Positions 10,405-19,971 of a stretch of 64,000 bases of DNA are shown here, piece after piece. Each line of letters begins with the position of its first letter. Position 1 is the first letter of the stretch. Source of the DNA: Nitrospira sp. (lineage in GTDB: Bacteria > Nitrospirota > Nitrospiria > Nitrospirales > Nitrospiraceae); assembly GCA_005116885.1 (NCBI GenBank), contig SWDP01000024.1, forward strand, positions 4,304 to 68,303, in the 5' to 3' direction. The notes under the pieces are model-generated. The model was not told the DNA's origin, did not search any database, and saw only the letters and a program-made list of their open reading frames with translations. Both the position numbers and the translations under genes were made by a program.

Positions 10405-10434
10405 TTGAAAAGTGAAAAGCTCCCGTGTTATTGT
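10405..10434 (+). promoter_or_regulatory. candidate sigma70-type promoter for tRNA-Glu
   Basis: TTGAAA (10405-10410), an 18-nt spacer, then TATTGT (10429-10434). This is about 30 nt upstream of the mature tRNA 5' end. Confidence 0.35.
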
Positions 10435-10464
10435 ACCCGTTCGTTTCCTCATCATTGATGATCT

Positions 10465-10542
10465 GGTCCCATCGTCTAGCCTGGCCTAGGACGGAGCCCT
10501 CTCAAGGCTTAAACACGGGTTCAAATCCCGTTGGGACCACCA
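10465..10542 (+). tRNA. tRNA-Glu (anticodon CTC)
   Basis: Folded by hand. The acceptor stem is GGTCCCA/TGGGACC, followed by A and an encoded CCA. The anticodon arm is GAGCC-CTCTCAA-GGCTT and the T arm is ACGGG-TTCAAAT-CCCGT. Confidence 0.85.
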
Positions 10543-10922
10543 ACACCACGTTTGCGCGTTTCGTTCGCGACTCGCCGATGAGCGCACAGGACAAATTCTT
10601 TCCTGCAAATCCCCTCATCATCTCCATGCATGGCACAGAACCGTCAAAACACGCAGGGTGCTAGGATAATATCTAGGTAAATATTGTTTTGATCTGTCGT
10701 ATACTGGCCCCGTCCGTCTCAGTGTATACGTCAGGGCGCTTACTGCACCCGTCTCTCTATCATCCAGGATCGCGCTGATCTTGCTCGGCCACTCTTTCGT
10801 GATGAGTCGATGAATACGGCGAGAGACTTCTCCGTGCGCTACTTCGTTGACGCCTCTATCGTTGGTTGTGTATAAAGAATGCGCCGTATCTTCATTCATT
10901 TTTACAAGGTGGTAGTCTTTCC

Positions 10923-12029
10923 ATGGGTGCACGTGAATTTCACGATGGGGCGCAAGATGGACTCGAAGCGCTTGAGCCTCTCGACCCGGAACAAATCGGA
11001 TCAATCGACGCGCTGTTGACTGCCATGCGCAAGACCGCCTTTGGGGGTCGCAGAGTCGGCGAAGCCTATGAAGTACTCTGGGCGATGATCGAAGATCCCG
11101 ACTGCTCCGTCGTGCTGACGCTGTCAGGGGCAATGACCATTGCCAAGATGGGCAAGATCATCACTGCGATGATCGATTATGGGATGGTGCAATGTATTGT
11201 CTCGACCGGAGCGTTGATGGCCCACGGGTTGAGTGAGTCGGTTGGGAAAACACACTATCGGCACCATCCGTCCATGTCCGATCAAGAGCTGTTCCTGAAA
11301 GGCTACAATCGAGTCTATGACACGCTGGAGATGGAGTCGAACCTCAACTATGTTGAGCAGGTCGTTGCTCGAACGATGAAGCGAATGGATCAGGATCAAT
11401 CTCTTTCCTCTGAAATCTTTACTCGCGAGCTGGGCAGGACGCTCGCCGAAGAATATGACGGAACAGGTATTCTCAAAAGCGCCTACCTCAAAAACGTTCC
11501 CGTATTCATCCCTGCGTTTACCGATTCCGAGATGGGGCTGGATATTGGAACCTGGGCCATGAATCGAAATCTCGATCAGGCTCGTGCGCAAAAACAGGAG
11601 TACGGGGATCTTGAGGTGCTCCGCACCATTCTTCGCTCCTATCCTACGTTCAATCCCTACCTCGACCTCAACAGCTATGCGAGCCATGTCATTTCGGCTA
11701 AGCGGCGGGGGATCTTTACGATCGGTGGAGGAGTCCCTCGCAATTGGGCACAACAAGTCGGTCCGTACATTGAAGTCTGTAATACCAGGCTCGGGCTCAA
11801 CGTGGAGCCGCCTCGATTTCACTATGGGGTGCGCATCTGTCCGGAACCGGATCATTTTGGCGGATTGAGTGGCTGCACCTATCAAGAAGGACTTTCCTGG
11901 GGAAAGTTTGTTCTGCCGGAAGCAGGAGGGCGGTTTGCTGAAGTGTTGACCGATGCCACAATTGTCTGGCCTCTCCTGATGGTCGGGTTGCTGGAGCGCA
12001 TCAAAGCAAAAGGCACGCCCCACACATGA
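10923..12029 (+). CDS. deoxyhypusine synthase-like protein (possible homospermidine synthase)
   Basis: DHS-family sequence (LTLSGAMTIAKMGKIITAMIDYGMVQCIVSTGA...). The ATG at 10923 is preceded by AAGGTGG. The ORF track begins at 10866. Confidence 0.8.
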   Translation: MGAREFHDGAQDGLEALEPLDPEQIGSIDALLTAMRKTAFGGRRVGEAYEVLWAMIEDPDCSVVLTLSGAMTIAKMGKIITAMIDYGMVQCIVSTGALMAHGLSESVGKTHYRHHPSMSDQELFLKGYNRVYDTLEMESNLNYVEQVVARTMKRMDQDQSLSSEIFTRELGRTLAEEYDGTGILKSAYLKNVPVFIPAFTDSEMGLDIGTWAMNRNLDQARAQKQEYGDLEVLRTILRSYPTFNPYLDLNSYASHVISAKRRGIFTIGGGVPRNWAQQVGPYIEVCNTRLGLNVEPPRFHYGVRICPEPDHFGGLSGCTYQEGLSWGKFVLPEAGGRFAEVLTDATIVWPLLMVGLLERIKAKGTPHT

Positions 12030-12733
12030 CGACCCCGTCTCTCGTTCGCACAATTGCCGCGGCGGGATTGCTGTTGCTCATGCAGCTAGCCCCGGCAGAC
12101 GCCGGGACGATCACGGACGATGGACGAATCAGAGGAAGCGCGGACGCACCGATCACCTTGATCGAGTATTCTGACTTCACCTGTGGGTACTGTGCGAAGT
12201 TCTTTCAGGAGACCTTGCCTCGGTTGCAGGCCAAATATATCGATACGGGCAAAGTGCGGTTTCTCTATCGCGACTACCCTCGAGCGGACCAAGGGGTCGG
12301 CGTCGACGCGGCGGTGGCGGCGCGCTGTGCCGGAGCTCAGGGGCGATATTGGCCGATGCACGATCGACTCTTCAGCGAACGAGGCCGCCTCGACTCAGGA
12401 TCTTTCAAAGGGTACGCCAAGGTGATCGGCTTGGACCAGACGGCGTTTGCCAAGTGTTTCGACGAACGGCAGTATCTCGAATCTATCTTCAAGGATCGCC
12501 AAGAGGCGACCCGTTGGGGTTTTCATGGGACTCCTGGTTTTATTCTGATACGAACGGCTGGGGGGCCCACTGAGAAAGAGCCGGCGATCGCAATTCCCGG
12601 CGCGGTCCCATTCAACGAGTTTGCCGAGGAGATTGATCGCATGTTGGCTACGGCCCCTCGCTCGCAGGGAGAACCGATCGAACCTCACGAATCGACGGCA
12701 GTGGCACAGAACAGTCCCTTCATCATTCATTAA
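12026..12733 (+). CDS. DsbA-family thiol:disulfide oxidoreductase (secreted)
   Basis: It has a signal-peptide-like N-terminus, the CxxC motif FTCGYC and a thioredoxin-fold context. Its start overlaps the stop of the upstream gene (ATGA). Confidence 0.8.
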   Translation: MTTPSLVRTIAAAGLLLLMQLAPADAGTITDDGRIRGSADAPITLIEYSDFTCGYCAKFFQETLPRLQAKYIDTGKVRFLYRDYPRADQGVGVDAAVAARCAGAQGRYWPMHDRLFSERGRLDSGSFKGYAKVIGLDQTAFAKCFDERQYLESIFKDRQEATRWGFHGTPGFILIRTAGGPTEKEPAIAIPGAVPFNEFAEEIDRMLATAPRSQGEPIEPHESTAVAQNSPFIIH

Positions 12734-12742
12734 GGATTACCT

Positions 12743-13012
12743 ATGTCTGCAATACAATCGTTTTGGTCTGTTCCTCAACGCGATGGGGAACCACCCTTTT
12801 GGATGTGTATGTCATGCTTGTCGGAAGTGTTCTACCGCAAGGTGCCGATGCCCGATTGCCCGACGTGCCATGGAGTCTCAACGTATGAAGCTTTCACGCT
12901 TGAAGCAATTCGCGACTGGGGCACAGAGGATTTGGTCGCCAAAGCCGATCTCGCCCAGCAGGCTGCGAACCTTGAGCCGGCTTCTGCGGCATCAGCCCAT
13001 TCCATCGACTGA
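12743..13012 (+). CDS. hypothetical zinc-ribbon protein (89 aa)
   Basis: CMSC...CPTC four-Cys pattern. It is tightly spaced, 9 nt after the dsbA-like gene. Confidence 0.5.
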   Translation: MSAIQSFWSVPQRDGEPPFWMCMSCLSEVFYRKVPMPDCPTCHGVSTYEAFTLEAIRDWGTEDLVAKADLAQQAANLEPASAASAHSID

Positions 13013-13039
13013 GTCTTTACCATTCACGGGGCATCTCTC

Positions 13040-14479
13040 GTGCAGGAACCACGTCCATTCTTGATTGGAGGTCTGTGGCGGCGGGGGGAGGCCCTCATAC
13101 CCGTCAACGATCCATTTACAGGACGGCTCCTTGCCGAGGTGTCGAGCGCAAGTTCTGCCGATGCCGAGGCGGCAATTCAATCGACAGTCGACGCGGCCGC
13201 TGCAATGGGGTCGTTGCCATCCCACGCGCGCTATCAGGCATTGCAAAAGATCGCGGGTGGGCTCTATGACCGGCGTGATGAATTTGCCCGCTTGATGACG
13301 GCTGAATCCGGCAAGCCGATCACCGACGCCAAGCGAGAAGTCAATCGGGCCATCCAAACATTTACCATTGCGGCCGAAGAAGCAAAGCGCATTCCGGGTG
13401 AGGTGATCCCTCTCGACTGGACGCCGGGGACCGATTCCCACCTTGGCATTCTCCGTCGAGTGCCGATCGGTCCAGTGCTTGGAATCACTCCCTTCAATTT
13501 TCCTCTGAATCTTGTGGCCCACAAGGTTGCGCCGGCTTTAGCCGCCGGCAACCCCATTCTCATCAAGCCGGCGCCACAGACACCCCTGACCGCGCTGCTG
13601 CTAGGCGAAGTGGTCCTGGAGGTCGGGCTGCCGCCCGGCGCACTGAACATCCTGCCTTGCGACAATACGGTGGCGGAACAGCTTGTGGTCGATCCCCGGT
13701 TTACACTCCTGAGCTTTACCGGGAGCGCCGCCGTAGGATGGATGTTAAAGGCCAAGTGTGGGAAGAAGAAGGTGGTACTGGAACTCGGCGGAAACGCCGG
13801 CGTCATCGTGGAGCCCGATGCCGATCTGGACTTTGCCGCACAACGCTGTGCGCTCGGCGGGTTTGGGTATGCCGGTCAGACCTGTATCTCCGTGCAACGA
13901 ATCTTTGCCCATCACTCTATCGCGGATCTCTTTACCACGAAACTGTTGTTACAGGTCGCGCGCCTGAAGGCCGGCGATCCGAGTGATGATTCGACCGTCG
14001 TCGGGCCATTGATCAACACAGACGCCGTTCATCGTGTGGAGGCATGGGTTGAGGAAGCGGTGTCCCAAGGAGCGCGTGTGCTTCTCGGGGGAAAACGCAT
14101 GGGGTCGGTGATGGAGGCGACGGTGCTCTCGCATGTCACGGCCACGATGAAAGTGTCTTGTCAGGAAGTGTTTGGGCCTGTCGTCACTGTGACTCCGTAC
14201 CGACACTTCGGTGAAGCGATCACGGCGCTCAACCAATCCAACTATGGACTCCAAGCCGGAGTGTTCACCCAGGATGTGAATAAAATTTTTCATGCCTTCC
14301 GTCATCTTGAAGTTGGAGCCGTGCTGGCCAACGAAATCCCGACATTTCGGGCCGACCATATGCCATATGGTGGCGTGAAGGATTCCGGGGTCGGACGTGA
14401 AGGAGTTCAGGCCGCGATCGAGGATATGACCGAGCCTCGCATGTTGGTATTGAATCTCAAGCCGCCGGCAGGGACTTAG
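13040..14479 (+). CDS. NAD(P)+-dependent aldehyde dehydrogenase
   Basis: ALDH family motifs are present: PFNFPLNL, LELGGNA (catalytic Glu) and GQTCIS (catalytic Cys). The start codon is GTG. Confidence 0.88.
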   Translation: MQEPRPFLIGGLWRRGEALIPVNDPFTGRLLAEVSSASSADAEAAIQSTVDAAAAMGSLPSHARYQALQKIAGGLYDRRDEFARLMTAESGKPITDAKREVNRAIQTFTIAAEEAKRIPGEVIPLDWTPGTDSHLGILRRVPIGPVLGITPFNFPLNLVAHKVAPALAAGNPILIKPAPQTPLTALLLGEVVLEVGLPPGALNILPCDNTVAEQLVVDPRFTLLSFTGSAAVGWMLKAKCGKKKVVLELGGNAGVIVEPDADLDFAAQRCALGGFGYAGQTCISVQRIFAHHSIADLFTTKLLLQVARLKAGDPSDDSTVVGPLINTDAVHRVEAWVEEAVSQGARVLLGGKRMGSVMEATVLSHVTATMKVSCQEVFGPVVTVTPYRHFGEAITALNQSNYGLQAGVFTQDVNKIFHAFRHLEVGAVLANEIPTFRADHMPYGGVKDSGVGREGVQAAIEDMTEPRMLVLNLKPPAGT

Positions 14480-14720
14480 TCTACATGGTTCATGAACACG
14501 TCTGTTTGAATCGCTAATTTACCCAGCCGTAACATTCCCAAAAAATCGACTGACTGTTCAGCTCTCTGCTTGAGAAAAACGTCTAAGGATATTGCGAAGC
14601 GGCGCCAATCTTGGTACAACAGCGGTTCTGTACCTCTATGAGGCAGTACCGTGGGAAAGCCTTTCAGCTAACGAGTCGCCCATTACTCGGTTGATTGAAC
14701 GAAACTAAGGAGAAGATACG

Positions 14721-15287
14721 ATGGTACCTACGCAGATGTTTCTGACGAGAGGCGTCGGAGTCCACAAAGAAAAGCTGGCCTCATTCGAGCAAGCCTTGCG
14801 CAGCGCCGGCGTTGCCTATTGCAACCTCGTCACGGTGTCATCGATTCTTCCACCGAATTGCAAAATTGTTCCACGCACTCGCGGAGAGAAGTTGTTGCAT
14901 CCCGGTGAAATCACGTTTTGTGTCATGGCTCGATCGGAAACAAATGAGCGAAACCGCCTGATCTCCGCATCAATTGGGGTGGCAGTCCCTACGGATCGTC
15001 GAACCTACGGATATCTGTCCGAACACCATGCGCATGGCGAAACCGATGAAGAAACGGGTGAGTATACGGAAGACTTGGCCGCCCAGATGTTGGCCACGAC
15101 CCTCGGTGTCGAATTCGATCCGGACATTGCGTGGAAAGAGCGGGAACAGGTCTTTAAAATGGCCGGGAAAATCGTTCGGACCCAAAACATCACACAGTCC
15201 GCTATTGGAAAGCCCAATCGCTGGACAACGGTGATCGCATTGGCCGTGTTTATTCCAGAGGAAAATATTCCGAAGCGGCGTCGATAG
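14721..15287 (+). CDS. pdaD: pyruvoyl-dependent arginine decarboxylase
   Basis: PdaD-family N-terminus [45 protein letters not shown], containing the self-processing serine region (VSSI). AAGGAG lies upstream. Confidence 0.85.
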   Translation: MVPTQMFLTRGVGVHKEKLASFEQALRSAGVAYCNLVTVSSILPPNCKIVPRTRGEKLLHPGEITFCVMARSETNERNRLISASIGVAVPTDRRTYGYLSEHHAHGETDEETGEYTEDLAAQMLATTLGVEFDPDIAWKEREQVFKMAGKIVRTQNITQSAIGKPNRWTTVIALAVFIPEENIPKRRR

Positions 15288-15310
15288 CCCGACTGCGTGA
15301 GTATACACCC

Positions 15311-16243
15311 ATGACACTTCCCGCTGGTTGGGAGGGTATCGAGCAGAATTTTCTCGGCCTCGATGAACCCTGGTGCCACCCCGATCAGGCGGGTGTCTAC
15401 ATCCTACCCGCACCCTACGAACACACGTCGAGTTATGTGCCGGGGTCCGATCGTGGCCCATCGGCCATCATTGAGGCGTCTCAACAAGTCGAGTTATACG
15501 ACGAAACACTCCGGTGCGAGCCATATCGCGAATGGGGAGGAGTGTCTACGGCTCGCTCCCTCGATCTTGACGGCAAAGTCGACCGACAGGCTGTAGATGC
15601 GATCGACGCGTTTGTCGCTCCCCACGTCGGCACCGGGCGGTTCATCGTCACCTTGACCGGTGAGCATACGGGAGCACTCGGAGCCATCAGAGCTCATGCC
15701 CGGCGCTATCCCGATCTGTGCGTGGTGCAAATCGACGCGCATGGCGACTTGAGGAGGGCCTATCAAGAGAACCCCTACAGCCACGCCAGCGTCATGGCCC
15801 GAGTGGTCGACGACGGGTTGCCGCTCGTTCAAGTCGGCATTCGTTCCATTTCTCCCGAGGAAATCGATCGCATTCAGAATACCGATCGAATTACGACATT
15901 CTTTGCCGCCGAGATTCTTGACCCATCAGGTCCGTATGAAGGTAAAGCCTCCCGCTGGGTTCCCGACATCGTGAAGGCTTGTCGCGGCCCGGTCTACCTC
16001 ACATTCGATTGTGATGGGCTTGACGCGTCGTTAGTTCCTGCGCTTGGCACGCCCGAGCCCGGGGGGTTGGGATGGTATGATACGCTGCATCTTATTACAG
16101 CCCTGGCCGATGGTCCTGGTATCCTCGGGATGGATATCAGCGAGATCGCTCCAATCGAAGGGTTTGTCGCGCCACAATTTTGTATCGCCCGTTTGATCTA
16201 CCGGATGTTGGGACGGATTAAAGCGGGCCGCCGCGTCCACTAA
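15311..16243 (+). CDS. speB: agmatinase (arginase/ureohydrolase family)
   Basis: Manganese-ligand motifs DAHGD and FDCDGLD are present. It lies immediately downstream of pdaD. Confidence 0.88.
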   Translation: MTLPAGWEGIEQNFLGLDEPWCHPDQAGVYILPAPYEHTSSYVPGSDRGPSAIIEASQQVELYDETLRCEPYREWGGVSTARSLDLDGKVDRQAVDAIDAFVAPHVGTGRFIVTLTGEHTGALGAIRAHARRYPDLCVVQIDAHGDLRRAYQENPYSHASVMARVVDDGLPLVQVGIRSISPEEIDRIQNTDRITTFFAAEILDPSGPYEGKASRWVPDIVKACRGPVYLTFDCDGLDASLVPALGTPEPGGLGWYDTLHLITALADGPGILGMDISEIAPIEGFVAPQFCIARLIYRMLGRIKAGRRVH

Positions 16244-16261
16244 CACGACTGTGCCTACCCT

Positions 16262-16996
16262 GTGACCGACCAGCTTCGCATCAACAAATTTTTCACCCAG
16301 CACGGCATCTGCTCTCGACGTGAGGCCGATCGCCTGATCGAAGCCGGTCGCGTGACCATCAATCAGCGAATCGCCTGCTTGGGAGATCAAGTCGGTCCTC
16401 ACGACGTCATTGCGCGAGATGGACAGGTGATTCCCTGGGGAACAGCCCCGCTCTATATCAAGTACTACAAGCCGGTGGGCGTGACGACGACCAGTGAGTC
16501 GCATGTGCCTCGCAATATCATTTCGGAGATCGGCCATCCAGAACGGATCTTTCCGATCGGTCGACTCGACAAGGACTCATCCGGCCTCATCCTGCTCACG
16601 AACGACGGGGACATTGTGAACAAGATTTTACGAACTGAGCACGGACATGAACGGGAATATGAGGTGTCGGTCGATCATTCATTCGATCAGATGTTCATCG
16701 ATCGCATGACCCAGGGAATTGTCATTCTCGACCAGTCGACTAAACCCTGCCAGATTGATCGACTCGGTCCCGCACGGTTCCGCATTATTCTCACCGAGGG
16801 GCGCAATCGACAGATCAGGCGTATGTGTCAAATGTTGGGATATCGGGTACTCACGCTGCATCGCATTCGTATCATGCATGTGACGTTGGACGAATTGATC
16901 CCAGGACAATGGAAGCCCCTCACCGAAGAGGAACGTACGCGGCTCTTTCAAGCGATCGGGCGAGGTAGCAGTCAAACAGAGCGTCTTGCATGGTGA
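16262..16996 (+). CDS. pseudouridine synthase, RsuA/RluB/RluF family, with N-terminal S4 domain
   Basis: It has the catalytic motif PIGRLDKDSSGL and an S4-like N-terminus (RINKFFTQHGICSRREADRLI). The start codon is GTG. Confidence 0.85.
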   Translation: MTDQLRINKFFTQHGICSRREADRLIEAGRVTINQRIACLGDQVGPHDVIARDGQVIPWGTAPLYIKYYKPVGVTTTSESHVPRNIISEIGHPERIFPIGRLDKDSSGLILLTNDGDIVNKILRTEHGHEREYEVSVDHSFDQMFIDRMTQGIVILDQSTKPCQIDRLGPARFRIILTEGRNRQIRRMCQMLGYRVLTLHRIRIMHVTLDELIPGQWKPLTEEERTRLFQAIGRGSSQTERLAW

Positions 16997-17077
16997 GCCA
17001 ACAGACACATCCATTGACAACCACGCCGGCTGAACTCACACTAACCCACCCCTCGTCCCTGGAGAGAGATTCCTAGT

Positions 17078-17521
17078 ATGGGTACCACATGGTGGAGTCC
17101 TCAACTGAATGCCCTGCTTGGCAGCCTCGTGGTCGCGGCGGGAGCATGGCTTGCGTGGGACTCGCTTCCAGCCTGGGGAGTCTTTCTCATTACAGGAGTC
17201 GTCGCGGGGTTTCTGGTGTGGCAGGGGCGGACGATTGGACTGGTGTGGGCCTGGGCAACCCTATTACTCGGCTTGGAGAGTCTTGCCTGGCCTATCGTCA
17301 CAATGGTTCAAGTCCGTTCAGTCACGATGGAGCCGAACGACGAACAGTTGGGGACGATACTCTCAGCCGTTCTGACGGGACTCGTTTCAGCTGTTTTTTG
17401 GATCACATTTTCCTATGGGTTCTTCAAGCGAGCCCGCCAGCCCATTGCCGCTGAATCGGTCGATGCAATCCAGACCCCTACACCTGCGCCGCAGTCAAGG
17501 CGTTCCCGCAGGAACAAGTAA
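17078..17521 (+). CDS. hypothetical integral membrane protein (about 4 TM segments)
   Basis: 147-aa ORF with repeated hydrophobic Trp-rich segments and a basic C-terminal tail. Confidence 0.55.
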   Translation: MGTTWWSPQLNALLGSLVVAAGAWLAWDSLPAWGVFLITGVVAGFLVWQGRTIGLVWAWATLLLGLESLAWPIVTMVQVRSVTMEPNDEQLGTILSAVLTGLVSAVFWITFSYGFFKRARQPIAAESVDAIQTPTPAPQSRRSRRNK

Positions 17522-17524
17522 CAT

Positions 17525-19849
17525 CTACCACATCTCGATCGGATCGACGTCGACATCGAACTTGATGGCCCGTCTCTGATACGTTCGTTCCATATCCTTG
17601 ACTGTAACCCGCACCGCTTCGAGCCCTGTGCCACGTTCGGACGATTTCACGAGAATCTGCCAACGGTACCTCCCTCGGAGTCTCGGCACCGGAGAAGGAA
17701 TTGGCCCCAGGACAGTGAGACCGTCCGGTCGATCAAGCGATTGAATTGACGCGAGCGGCTTTGTCGTTGCCCTCTGCCCGACCACGGCTGGTGACGAGCG
17801 TGCAATAAGCCGAGCGACCCAGGCCACTGCCGCATCGTGAACCATGTTCTCATCGGTCCCGGACACGAGGAGGGCAATCAACTGCACCGAGGGCGGATAT
17901 CCCAATGCGCGCCGATGGGACAGTTCCTCCGTGAGAAAGACGGATTCGTCGTTCTTGACCACAGCCTGAATCGCATGATGGGACGGCAGATTGGTCTGCA
18001 CGATCACCTGGCCGCCAGCTTCTGCCGGATCGGCGAGACTGATCGCGTCGAGCAGCGTATGATACGTACGTTCGGCGGATTGGAAATTCGGCACTGTGAG
18101 TCCTGCATCTGCCTGCACAATCCCGACGAGGCCCATCGCCGGAAGGGATCCTCGGCGTAGCAGCAGCTGCGTCCCGACGATGATATCCCACTCCCCTTGC
18201 TCGACTTTCCCCCAGAGAGTTTCGGCCTGCTCCGGACGTCGCATGGTATCGCCATCGAGCCGAATGACCGTTGCGTGGGGAAACAATCGCTTCGCATCCT
18301 CTTCAACCCGCTCTGTGCCCTCCCCAATCAACTGCATGCGAGGGCCAGAGCAGGAGACGCAGGTTTCTGGGATGGGTATCACGTGCCCGCAGTAGGAGCA
18401 AAGCAGGCGACTCGCTTGCCGAGAGTACATCAGCGCGACACGACAGGCGGGGCAACGGGGCACTTGGCCGCAGTCACGACAAACAAGAGCGCCGGCATAG
18501 CCCTTCCGATTGAGAAACAGCAGGACGCCAGCCCGGCGACTGATCGCGTGCCCCATGGCGATAATGAGCGGCCGACTCAGGACCGTACCGTGCCTCTCCT
18601 CCCGTAACTCAATGACCTGCACATTCGGTCGCGTCTCAGGCAATATACGCTTCTGTATCACAATCCCTCGTTGTTCCACTGCCGCTCTGCTCTCAAGAGA
18701 GGGGTGGGCAGAGCTCAGGACCAGCACGACCTGTTCATTCTGTGCCCGCAACCACGCCACGTCCCGCGCATGGTAGCGAGGTTCTTGTGGTTCTTTGAGC
18801 GATGCATCATCTTCTCCCTCGACCCAAATCACCCCAAGAGCAGTTAATGGGAGAAAGATAGCCGAGCGCGTTCCCACAACCACGCGAACGACCTTTTGAT
18901 GAACCTGATCCCACATCTTGGCTTTGAGCTGTTCTGAAAGGCCGCTATGGAAACAGGTCGGGGAAATGCCCGCCTCGTCATCACGGAGTAAGCCGGCAAC
19001 CCATTCAGCTCGCTCCGCTTCGCCCACGATGAGGAGGATCGTCTGTCCTCGCTCGAGTACAAAACGAATGGCCTGTTGCAACAGCCTCAGTCGATCGGCC
19101 CAGGAAGCCTGTACCAACACCCTCGTTGGCCCTTGGCCTTTCATCGCTTCGAACAGTGGCTCTGCCCAAGACATTGCCGGGTCAGGAATGAGCGGCGCGG
19201 TACTGTCCAAACTGCCCTGTTTCTCCCGTCTAGTTGTGAGAGGGAGAGGCGCGGCCGAGGTAGGTGGCATGTCCCGAACGTTCACGACCCACCCACGAGC
19301 TTTCAGATCGCGCAACAGGTCGGCAGAAGCAGAGCGGCGAGATGATTGGCGGAGCTTCAAAGGTTTATTTCGAAGACGGGTGAGCAACGCCCGCTCTTTC
19401 ACCGAACAGGGCGCGCGAGACTCAAGTGCGACCCGCCCTTGTTCTGTCAGCTCGACGTGAACAACCGGTGCCCGCGGTTTGGGTATTGGAGGCAACACCA
19501 GCCGGAGACATTGCCCCCATGGCGCGACGTACGCTTCAGCCACCTGCCGTGAGAGTTGGAAGAGGCTTGAGGACACGTCTGTCGCGGCCCCCTCAGAAAT
19601 CAACGAGCGAATCTCCTTGAGGCGTGCCCGGTCAAGACCTTGAGGAATAACGTGAGCGAGGGCGACCACGGCTCCTTCAAGAATCGACCGTCCGAATGGC
19701 ACAAGCACTCGATGTCCGATACGGAGTGTGTGTCGGAGCGACGAGGGTACGGTGTAGGTGAAGGAACCCGCCAGATGTCGTGGCACAATGACATCGGCGA
19801 AGAGGGTCTCTGGCTCTGTAGGGGAAGGGTCTGCCTGCGTCGATATCAT
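17525..19849 (-). CDS. priA: primosomal protein N' (PriA) homologue with degenerate ATPase motifs
   Basis: It is collinear with PriA. The double zinc-finger region CRDCGQVPRCPACR...CSYCGH...CVSCSG and the C-terminus RYRWQILVK...DVDPIEMW are present. The start is taken at MISTQ (19849); the ORF track extends to 19957. The Walker A, DExH and motif VI positions are non-canonical (see findings). Confidence 0.85.
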   Translation of the reverse strand: MISTQADPSPTEPETLFADVIVPRHLAGSFTYTVPSSLRHTLRIGHRVLVPFGRSILEGAVVALAHVIPQGLDRARLKEIRSLISEGAATDVSSSLFQLSRQVAEAYVAPWGQCLRLVLPPIPKPRAPVVHVELTEQGRVALESRAPCSVKERALLTRLRNKPLKLRQSSRRSASADLLRDLKARGWVVNVRDMPPTSAAPLPLTTRREKQGSLDSTAPLIPDPAMSWAEPLFEAMKGQGPTRVLVQASWADRLRLLQQAIRFVLERGQTILLIVGEAERAEWVAGLLRDDEAGISPTCFHSGLSEQLKAKMWDQVHQKVVRVVVGTRSAIFLPLTALGVIWVEGEDDASLKEPQEPRYHARDVAWLRAQNEQVVLVLSSAHPSLESRAAVEQRGIVIQKRILPETRPNVQVIELREERHGTVLSRPLIIAMGHAISRRAGVLLFLNRKGYAGALVCRDCGQVPRCPACRVALMYSRQASRLLCSYCGHVIPIPETCVSCSGPRMQLIGEGTERVEEDAKRLFPHATVIRLDGDTMRRPEQAETLWGKVEQGEWDIIVGTQLLLRRGSLPAMGLVGIVQADAGLTVPNFQSAERTYHTLLDAISLADPAEAGGQVIVQTNLPSHHAIQAVVKNDESVFLTEELSHRRALGYPPSVQLIALLVSGTDENMVHDAAVAWVARLIARSSPAVVGQRATTKPLASIQSLDRPDGLTVLGPIPSPVPRLRGRYRWQILVKSSERGTGLEAVRVTVKDMERTYQRRAIKFDVDVDPIEMW

Positions 19850-19971
19850 GCGGCATTGTAGCAGCACAGGAAAAGGAGGGACAACGAGAGAGAAATGATG
19901 GAAAGGTTTTTGAAGAGAATCGAAGAGGGTTGACGATTCAACGTCAACCCTCCGCACAACATTCGATGAAT

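Noticed and set aside
10618-11133. 171-aa minus-strand ORF between tRNA-Glu and the DHS-like gene (a shorter version from the ATG at 10899)
   Set aside because: The upstream half is antisense to the DHS-like gene. The 93-aa remainder would start only 24 bp from the divergent DHS start codon. It has no recognisable motif and contains a 7-bp hairpin (CGTATAC..GTATACG, 10698-10730). It is more likely promoter or UTR sequence, though I cannot fully exclude a small gene.
11124-12053. 309-aa minus-strand ORF
   Set aside because: It is entirely antisense to the well-supported DHS-like CDS. It is Arg/Pro/Ser-rich with a typical shadow-frame composition.
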